DNA of 34,650 bases from Elsinoe ampelina. Lineage: Eukaryota. The position numbers and the translations under genes were made by a program. Position 1 is the first letter of the stretch. Each line of letters opens with the position of its first letter. The stretch spans positions 1 through 34,650 of the forward strand of contig ML992547.1 in the NCBI GenBank assembly GCA_010093995.1. Direction: 5' to 3'. Below, one piece after another: positions 1 through 8,395 of this stretch. The notes below the pieces were generated by a model that saw only the letters and a program-made list of their open reading frames with translations, made no database searches and was not told where the DNA came from.

Positions 1-476
1 ATAGTTACTCTCTCTCTTAAGAATCTAAGTCTTAAGTATTTTTACTAATCTAGACATAATAATAGTAATTAGCTAAAGGCTTATTAATTTAATTAATGTA
101 ATTAGCTTATTTAAGCTGTTTAAACTGTTTAATTAAAGGGTTAATACGGGCTACTATAAGTGTTTATCTTAATATAGCTAGTCTAGAATTTAGTATAGGC
201 GGCTTAGTAATCCTTTTAATAATAACACGCTTAATTTACTATAGCTTTAAGTGCTTTTATAGAAGCGCCGAGCTTATAATCTATTATAACTAGCAAATCG
301 GATCGAGAGATGTATGTTTTATTTAGAGAGTTATAATAACTAATTTATCTACTATACGTGCGCTAACTTATTAGTACTAGTTCTTTAGTACTAGAGAAGC
401 TATACTAGCCTTCTATTACAACACTACTCTCATCGCTAATACTAACTAAGAACGCCACAGGCTAAAAAGCTTAACA
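1..476. mobile_element. AT-rich RIP-degraded repeat (transposon relic); right end possibly an LTR 3' end (...TTAACA)
   Basis: Very AT-rich, dense TA/TAG/TAA, few CA/TG, no ORFs; GC rises towards 476 and normal composition follows GCTTAACA (471-476). Element class cannot be read from the decayed sequence. Confidence 0.75.
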
Positions 477-702
477 GGTGGCGCTAAGGATCTTTCCGAC
501 CTAAGTAGGGGCCCTGAATTTTACTGAGTGACTGGGGACATTATTTGACCCATTTCTTCGGGACCACCTGCGCCAAGACCGGATGCGGACGTCCCGATAG
601 TCTATTTTAGTTATCGTTGTTCACCGCACTGCGCTGCCCCTGGCACACCGCATAAGACAGACCATCAACTGCGGGACGAATGATGAGTGCAGCAACCTCG
701 TC

Positions 703-758
703 TCGGTCTTCGTTCCGTCGGTCTTCGTTCCGTCGGTCTTCGTTACCTCGGTCTTCGT
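703..758. repeat. 15-bp minisatellite, about 3.7 copies
   Basis: TCGGTCTTCGTTCCG at 703-717 and 718-732, TCGGTCTTCGTTACC at 733-747, partial copy at 748-758. Confidence 0.9.
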
Positions 759-1208
759 ATCTGATGAGCCCTAGGTGCCGTGGATCATGAGGGACGCTAT
801 GCGATTGGCAGGTCTGATGCTGTACCAAAAGAGCCGACGACCCGCTTCATCAAGCATTTGGAGAGAACCTCTCCGCTGTATGCGGTACGTCACTCGGAGG
901 GCACTGCCGGGTGCACCATCGCGTGGACGAGGCGGAGATGTACGACGCGATATCCTATGGAGCCGATCTGGCATTCGGATGCTCTGATTCTCGGCAAGTC
1001 CTGAATCATGGGAAGCTGTATCCAAGAGGTTCGGGCGAGCGCGCCTTATCGGTCATTCCGCTCAATCAGTAGAAGATACCTGTGCGTTTGCAGGCCCCGT
1101 ATCATCAAATTCGACCGTGTGTGAGCGTCTCCTGTGGTTTTGGTTGAGAGTGGCCAAAATCTCCTTGCCCATTTCCAATACCGAGCATCACAGACCAGAC
1201 TATCAGAG

Positions 1209-3089
1209 ATGGGAACCAATCTGATACCGATACTCTCTCAAGCACTTCAATCACTTGCAGCTGCGATCATCACCTACTGGATCTATGACCATGCTGTCCA
1301 CTTCAATGTACGCCGACACCTCGCACGCATACCCAGGATCAAAAGTCAGGAGACCGGTAGCAACGAGGAAAAGAGACAACTGTACATAAGATCGGCGAAG
1401 GCACTCTACAACGAAGGTTATGAGACCGTAGGTAGTAGAAAGGCTTTGAGAAGGCCACAAGCTAACATGTCCAAGTTCACCGACCAAGTCTACAGAATGT
1501 GCAATTCTAGTGGTATGAATCTCTTACGATGAGTAATGTGGCAACGTCTTGACTGTGACAGGTGAGGACAGTATTGTCATTCCGAGAAAGTTCCTCGACG
1601 AAATGAGACGCCTACCTGAGGACACCCTGAGTGCGGGAAAGGCAGTCGCCGATGTTAGTGCTACCTTTTACCATATCATGGCTTGCTCTGGTATACGCGT
1701 GAATGGCTGATTTCTGGAAGTTCCTCGAAGTGAAGTATACCAAAATCCTCGCAGAGGAAGACATCGTTGCCCACACCATCAAAGCAGATCTAACTCCAGC
1801 TCTACGTATGCATTAAAAGACCAGGAAATGTCATTGTGGGTTGACTGACGGACTTCCAGTTCGATACAATCCTGTGATCTCACGAGTTGCTGATGAAGCC
1901 ATTCAAGCCGATATGCCTCGATGCAACGACTGGACTGCAATTCATGTTTTTGACTTATTGACCAAGATTGTGGCGAAGCTCTCTGGCCGTATCTTCGTTG
2001 GTCCGGATCTCTTCCTGCAAAAGGAGTATCTAGAGATGAGCCTCAGTTACACTCATGAACTGATGGCCGCACAACGCCGAATCAAGAGCATGAGGCCTTT
2101 TCTCCGGCCGATTCTAGGTCACTGGACTTCAGAAGTTCGCCAGTTGAGAATGCGCGAGCGTTTTGCCGAGAAGTTCTTCCTTCCTGTGGTAAGAGCCCGC
2201 TTGGAAACCCAGCCAAGTGTCGACGGGAAGCAGCCGGATGATATGCTCCAATGGTTGTTGAACAGACGAGAGCAATTCCAATTCGATACAATGGCGAAAA
2301 TCTCCAAATTGCAATTGGGACTCATCTTTACCGCTCTTCACACAACTGTCATGACGGCAACAAACATGTACGTGACTGAGGCTGGCAGGAAGCTGGAATA
2401 CATGCTAACAATGTCGGTATCAGCTTCTACTCGCTTGCAGTGACACCACAATATATCGACGAACTCCGTACAGAAATCCGGGAAGCGGTTGCCGATAGCG
2501 GTGGTACCATGGACAGCAAAGCTTTGTCTGAGATGATTAAACTCGACAGCTACATGAAAGAAGTCTTCCGCGTGTACAACTTTGGGTCCAGTAAGGATAC
2601 AATGCTATCGTCAGATGTTGAGACCACATTCTCTGACAAAGCCTCCCAGTATCCTTCCTTCGAAAGGTCCTCAAAGGCATTACACTTTCCAACGGTCAAT
2701 ACATTCCCCCAGGCGTGGACATCGAAGCGCCCACCTACTCCATCTACCATGACAGCGATCTGTTCCCCGATCCCGAGAAGTTCGACGGCTTCCGCTCGTA
2801 TAAGCTGCGACAAGAGTCCATGTCGAGCGATGTCCAAGCTCGCAACACATTTGTCAACGTCAACGACCAGAACCTTGGCTTCGGATATGGACGACATGCT
2901 TGCCCTGGACGATTCTTTGCCAACAACGAGATCAAGATGATCTTGGCGAAGCTGCTATTACATCACGACGTTAAGATGCCCGACGGGCTAAACGAGAGGT
3001 GGCCGAACATCAACAATGGAGCTGAGTGTATGCCTGACCCGACTAAAACAATCCTATTTAAGAAGGCAAAGGTACCAGGGATTTACTGA
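1209..3089 (+). CDS. Cytochrome P450 monooxygenase, 7 exons, ~515 aa (ent-kaurene oxidase/CYP68/CYP503/CYP512-like secondary-metabolism type)
   Basis: Exons 1209-1427, 1476-1512, 1562-1653, 1721-1805, 1860-2367, 2424-2590, 2650-3089 (1548 nt, in frame; all introns GT-AG). N-terminal hydrophobic anchor, I-helix TALHTT, K-helix EVFR, PEKFDGFR, heme motif FGYGRHACPGRFFA. Confidence 0.93.
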
Positions 3090-3447
3090 AAGCTTTGAGA
3101 GAATACAGCTAGAGCGAGAGCGCGAAGATAATCTAGTAGTGGTTGATTGTACCTCCGTATGCCCCGGGAGACTTGGCACACGTGACGGGCCCTCTCCGGC
3201 TAAACCCTGTAGCCGAGAAGGGATGGGCAGATGACGTCCATGCACGCGCCCTGTCAACTCTTCCTCTTCTGCCTCTTCATCCAAGTTCCATCTCCAAAGA
3301 TCTCTTGTTTAAATCAAAGACCTGAAGATTCACTCGCAAAGATCCATCTCCAGCTTCGTTGACCACAAATCCCATCGCAAACGCTCCACAGCCGCTTGAA
3401 ACAGCTTATCTCTCCTCAGCCCAACAAGTCGCACGACCCAAGCAGCC

Positions 3448-4269
3448 ATGTCTTTCCAAGAGCGCGCAAACCACCAGATCTCCCAGCTGGACAAGGAGGT
3501 GAGCAATTCCTTCGTTCAGTCATCATTGATATCGAGCCTGGAGCCACAATGCATCTCGACCGCAATGATGGCACCTCCCCGAGTTTCCCGCTGACCTCTT
3601 CCAGCTGTCCAAGTACCCCGTCCTCAACAACTTTGAGCAGCAGACCTCTGTCCCCAAGGTCTACGTGGTCCTTGGACTCGGCGCTCTCTACTTCTTCCTG
3701 ATCTTCTTCAACATTGCTGGCGAGTTCCTTGTCAATACCGCTGGCTTTGTCCTCCCGGGTTACTACTCCCTCGAGGCTCTTTTCAGCTCGAGCAAGGCCG
3801 ATGATACTCAGGTAAGTGCCCAATGCGACCATCTGATAGTCTGATGAACAATTGCTGACGATTTGACAGTGGTTGACCGTAGGCGATGACCAATCTTAAG
3901 GACATCCTTCGCATACTAACATTCGCAGTACTGGGTCACCTATGCCTTTTTGACCGTGCTCGAGAGCGCGATCAACGCCGTCTACTGGTTCCGTATGTGT
4001 CATTTGTGATGGCTTGCGAGATTCTGCTGACAGACCTGCAGCCTTCTACTACACGTTCAAGTTCATCCTCGTCCTGTGGATGGCACTTCCCCAAACTGGG
4101 TAAGGAGTCCAATTGAACCAACAAGTACATCCACTGACCTCTTCCCAGCGGCGCCAAGCTCGTCTTCAACTCCCTCCTCTCCCCTCTCTTCGCCCGCTTC
4201 TTCACCCACGGCGGCTCCACCTCCGCCAACCTCCAGAGCCAGGCTGATGCCGCGACCAAGAGCCAGTAA
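3448..4269 (+). CDS. YOP1: Yop1/DP1/REEP5 ER-tubule shaping protein, 6 exons, 169 aa
   Basis: Exons 3448-3498, 3605-3811, 3870-3878, 3929-3992, 4042-4099, 4149-4269 give MSFQERANHQISQLDKELSKYPVLNNFEQQTSVPKVY...DDTQWLTYWVTYAFLTVLE...YWFPFYYTFKFILVLWMALPQTGGAKLVF, the TB2/DP1/HVA22 signature. Not present in the ORF track. Confidence 0.95.
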
Positions 4270-5375
4270 AGCCGCATCGAGAGGACACGCGTCACAAGTT
4301 TCTCGAGCATCACTTTCAGAGCTCGTGTTCAGAAAGCCGCAGCAGAAACGTCGGTCACGTGACGATAGCAGTGAAAGATGGAGGATCACGCAGACATGGG
4401 ATGACGCGATTATGGTACAGACATGATTAGTGCGGATATCCTTGTTCAGTACTTTTGTTTGACGATGATGATAGACGTGGAGGATTGGGGATCTGTTGGG
4501 GAGGGCGGATTGGTATAGTCTGTCATAGGTATATTTCACGTATCCATGGACTTCTATAAAGCACAGCATTCTTGCCCTGCCATCCTGGTCGCACACTTTC
4601 ATTTTCGTCGATGTACCAGGGCCAGTTGTAGGATACACCTAAGCTGATATCTACACTCTGGTCGATCTGTATTCGGCGAGACATGTGCCATCGGTATCAC
4701 TCACTTCGCTCACCCGTCTCACCGGTCCCACTGCAACAAGGCCTTCGTATCTCCCTATTGAGATCTCGGTCGCAGCCTCAGACCGGCCAGCATGCACAGC
4801 TCGCGCCTCCTTCAAACACGGCCTCGTCTTGAAATCCAACGTGGACATCGTCAGATGCCATCACGAACATGCTGTCAAGGTATATCTACATCCAAGTCCC
4901 CATTTTTGGCGAGATTCACGCCCTCCATCGCCTTTTGGTACCTGCCATCTGCCAGACCTCTCAATCCCTCGGCGCCGAGACCCCGAAACTCTTCATTGCA
5001 GGAATACACAATGTTTTCCAAGGCCACACCTCAGCTGGGCTGAAAGCGGCGGAGGAGACCCTTCGCGCACGACTATGTTGGGGAAGCAGCCCCTGCATGA
5101 GGAAAGGGCCAACAGACTACCCGCGCTGGTATTTCTCGTCCATCTGTTCGAGCATACGAGGCAATTGCTGGTGACTTGCTTGTCTTGTCACGTTGGGTCT
5201 ACCATACTGAGCATTCTCATTTGCTTCCACGACCAGCCTGTATGAATCGAAGCTAACAAGGAACACATGGACTCATTGCATTCACACAGCCCCGCCAGGA
5301 TCCACGGATTCTCCATCGCCATCTCACGCCGGACATCAGTACTGGCACATGGGGCAAGACCAACACCACATCGAC

Positions 5376-6150
5376 CTACCCTGCCACCGAAGTGCAATAA
5401 TACGTGTTCGCCCAGAAGCTCGTCTGGCAATTCTCGCCGTTCCTCCCGAGGACCGGGTTCCAGGCGTGAAGCTGCGCGAGGGGCATCCCGATACGGGTAG
5501 CGAAGAGGTTGCAGGCCACTCCTGAGGGATTTGTCTTGTCGTATCTTATGCATGTCTTGATGATACCCGCCTGCGTCGGGGAGGGGATCGGATTGGCGGT
5601 AGGCGATGGGGATGTCGGGGTCCCGTCTATGCCTACGCAGACGTAGACTGCTGCTTGTAGGTTGCTACATGAGGTGCCGACGTGGGGATTCCAGGTGTAG
5701 AATCGGTCGAGGGAGAAAGTACTGGACTGATCGACGATCTTCTGGCAGAAATCTCCGGATTGGACCTGGTAGAATCTTTTGCAGGTCTTGATGATGTTGC
5801 GTTGGACGGGCTGCATACTAGATCAGTCAGAGGTCCCTATATAGGGTGGGATTTGCATGCCGATGGGAAACCGTCTGACGGCGTGGGAGAAGCAGCGGAA
5901 GTTGTAGGCTTCACTGTAGGTGTGGCTGACGACATTTAGAACTGGTAGCGGGAGCGGCTTGCGCAACTTACAAGCGAATCCTATGCACACATAGTAGCCG
6001 GCTTGCAGGTTGGAACATGTATTGCCAATCGCTCTGTGGCATATCAGCTCGCCAAGCTCCGCCATTGGAATGTCTTGCAGGTCGAGATGAGTCCAGCTTG
6101 GGTGGGCGACGGGCAGGTCCCGAAGGCGCCGTTTTGATTCCAATCGATGA
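5376..6150 (-). pseudogene. Multi-LysM (chitin-binding effector-type) gene remnant: two intact C-terminal LysM domains, one broken domain, 5' end missing
   Basis: Intact fungal LysM domains CKRFYQVQSGDFC...WNPHVGTSCSNLQAAVYVCVG and C...WNPVLGRNGENCQTSFWANTYYC with PSPTQAG linkers. Upstream third domain PSPTQAGLISTCKTF/MAELGELIC..AIGNTCSNLQAGYYVCIG needs two frameshifts and lacks its central WNP segment. Introns 5971-5926 (GT-AG) and 5860-5811 (GC-AG). No start codon or signal peptide found. Confidence 0.75.
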
Positions 6151-6180
6151 CACCGAATCAACACCATGTTGTTGATGAGA

Positions 6181-6872
6181 CTACGACACGACGCAGTTGT
6201 CCTGAATATGTGGCAGAATGCCCGCAGGTGGCGACGGACATTGGCGTGCGACAAACGCCTTGTCATCCCAGTAGCCATCCGTCTCCATATAATCATCAAT
6301 CCCATCCCATTCTTGCTTTGTCCCATATGGCGAAGGCTCGAACACAAGGCGTAATTCGTAGTGGCATGGGGACAACCCAGACGACGACTCTTTGGGAGTG
6401 AAATAGCCTCTCTCGAGTCTGACGGCAAACACTCGGGGTCCAGGATCACGCTGCTTGAACGGTCCTGTCCGCCTCTCCGTTATCGTGTCCTTGCCATCGA
6501 GTTTGACTGCTCCTGGAGTCGTGGCGTCAAAATCCAGCTGCAGCCTGAACTCCGCAAGAAGTATGGGTGTCCTAGGAATCGTTGGACCGAGGTGGAACGG
6601 CTGATCGAAGCCAGAATCGAGCACCTGCCATTTGAAGTCCATGCTGATATCCAGGATGAACTGGCGGCCACCAAGCAGCTTTGCAATGTCAGTTTCTACT
6701 GTACTTAGTAGGCATCAGCTGGACATACCACGCCCGTGCCATCGTGTCTGAGAATGATCCAACGGGTAAGACCAAAATCGCCGGTCCACATGTCCTTGAT
6801 GCTGCCTTCTGCGTTTTCGCTGCAGACTACTGCGCGGGCTGTCGTGTCCGTTTCGCTAGATTCCTCTTGCAT
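6181..6872 (-). CDS. Uncharacterised fungal protein, 2 exons, 213 aa, C-terminal CaaX motif (CVVS)
   Basis: ATG at 6872; exon 1 6872-6729 (MQEESS...WIILRHDGTGV); 50-nt intron 6728-6679 (GTATGT...ACTGAC...AAG); exon 2 6678-6181 continues in frame into the 153-aa track ORF (...LRLVFEPSPY...EW...YWDDKAFV...DNCVVS*). Confidence 0.75.
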
Positions 6873-7218
6873 GACGCTGTGTGGTATGATGAAATGAAAT
6901 AAAAGGATACACAGTCTCCATAGTTAAGGATGGAAGTGGCTGAAGGCTTGGTGGAGAGATATGAGGTCGCGCAATTGCATGAAAGACTTACAGAATCCAT
7001 AAGGACTACAAATATGTCGAGGGCATCACGACTCTGGGCACATGCTCTCGGTCAAGATAACATTGATAGATATTGATAGTTCTTAGTAAGGAGTCCTAAG
7101 TCAGACTCATTGACCGATGCCGACGTAACTTCTAGGTATAGCCGAGAAACACTTTTTTCCCTCCCTCCGCTCCTCCAGTGTCCACCTCCCACGCAAGCAC
7201 CGCCCAAGGGCCTCACCC

Positions 7219-8013
7219 ATGCCCCCTCCTCTCCTCCTCGTCTCCCTTGGCAACCCTGGCCCTCGCTACACCCTCACCCGCCACAACGCAGGACATATCG
7301 TCCTTACCTCTCTCGCCTCGCTCCTTGGCTGTCCAACGTTCTTCCCCTCTCACTACAGCCCTGGCCTCAGCACCTCCACCACCGTCGACTTCCCTCCCCC
7401 TCGCCCTCCGAAGCGCCGGAAGCTCTCCTCCGATGCCGCCACGCCTCTTCCTCCGCCTCCTCCTCCCCAACTTCAGCAAGCACAATGGACCCTCCACCAA
7501 TGCCCCACCCTCATGAACGTCTCCGGCCCCTCCATCCTCTCCACATACAGAGCATGGCTCGCCTCTTCCGCATCCACTCCTCTCACAACCTCTGAGCCCT
7601 TCGGTCCATTCTCCTCCACACCCCCTACCCCGACTACCTCTCCACCAGCACGACCGCGCCTCGTCATCCTCCACGACTCCCTCGAAGACGCACCGGGTCA
7701 CGTCCGCGTCCAACCCTCGGGCGCCACGGTCAGCGCAAGGGGCCACAACGGCATCAAGTCCCTCCTCGATAGCATCGCTTCCTCCACTCGCCGCGCGGCA
7801 AAGGGTAAAGGGTCAGGGGGAGGAGCCAAAGCAGGAGGTGGGAACACGGGCGTGGATTTTGTGCGCATCAATATCGGGATAGGCAGGCAGCAGAGCAGGG
7901 ATCCAGATCGGGTGGCGGGGTATGTGCTTGAGGACTTTAGGCAGGGCGAGTTGGAAGTGCTAAGGGGGAGGACCACCGCGGAGGTGTTGAGGGTGTTGAA
8001 GGGGTTGAAGTGA
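7219..8013 (+). CDS. PTH1: Peptidyl-tRNA hydrolase (bacterial/mitochondrial Pth1 type), intronless, 264 aa with low-complexity inserts
   Basis: Pth motifs in order: SLGNPG, TRHNAG (catalytic His), LMNVSG, ILHDSLE, SARGHNGIKS, RINIGIGR, VAGYVL. Confidence 0.9.
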   Translation: MPPPLLLVSLGNPGPRYTLTRHNAGHIVLTSLASLLGCPTFFPSHYSPGLSTSTTVDFPPPRPPKRRKLSSDAATPLPPPPPPQLQQAQWTLHQCPTLMNVSGPSILSTYRAWLASSASTPLTTSEPFGPFSSTPPTPTTSPPARPRLVILHDSLEDAPGHVRVQPSGATVSARGHNGIKSLLDSIASSTRRAAKGKGSGGGAKAGGGNTGVDFVRINIGIGRQQSRDPDRVAGYVLEDFRQGELEVLRGRTTAEVLRVLKGLK

Positions 8014-8395
8014 TGTTGCAAGGGTGAGGGCAGGTTGAGCAAGAGAGGGAGATAGTGAACAAGGTAGGGTCGCGTTGAGGGGAGAACTGGCTAAAGGACA
8101 TTTTGTCTTGTGATACCCATTTGCGATGGATGGCTTGATTTCACTGCAAAGATGTACAAGGCACAGCACTGGGAAAAGCTGGGAGAATCGTTCTGTCTGT
8201 TATACACATGCCTCGTTCTCGAGGCTGGTCTGAATGCTATATACCGCGCCATTGTCCTTTCTTCATGGCAAAAGCAACTCTGCTATGGGGGTATCATGCA
8301 ATCGCCAGAATGCCGCTCAAACGCTATCAGAAAAGGACATCTTTAAGTATGCTGTAATATCATGCTCGCTGTATGGTGACAAAGTGCCAGACTCG

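Noticed and set aside
703..758. Short direct repeats as a CRISPR-like array
   Set aside because: Head-to-tail tandem units without spacers, eukaryotic context, no cas genes.
4400..5370. Several 65-190 aa ORFs on both strands between YOP1 and the LysM remnant
   Set aside because: No recognisable motif or consistent splice model. Short protein-like stretches on the minus strand are broken by stops. A decayed gene is possible but not supportable.
5816..5816. ATG start of the 146-aa LysM ORF as a normal gene start
   Set aside because: It lies in the last bases of a predicted intron (5860-5811), LysM-type sequence continues upstream, and no signal peptide follows.
6120..6183. Possible readthrough fusion of the CaaX gene to the LysM remnant (frame stays open after TAG)
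   Set aside because: The stop directly follows a well-formed CaaX box, so it looks genuine, and the LysM part needs frameshifts anyway.
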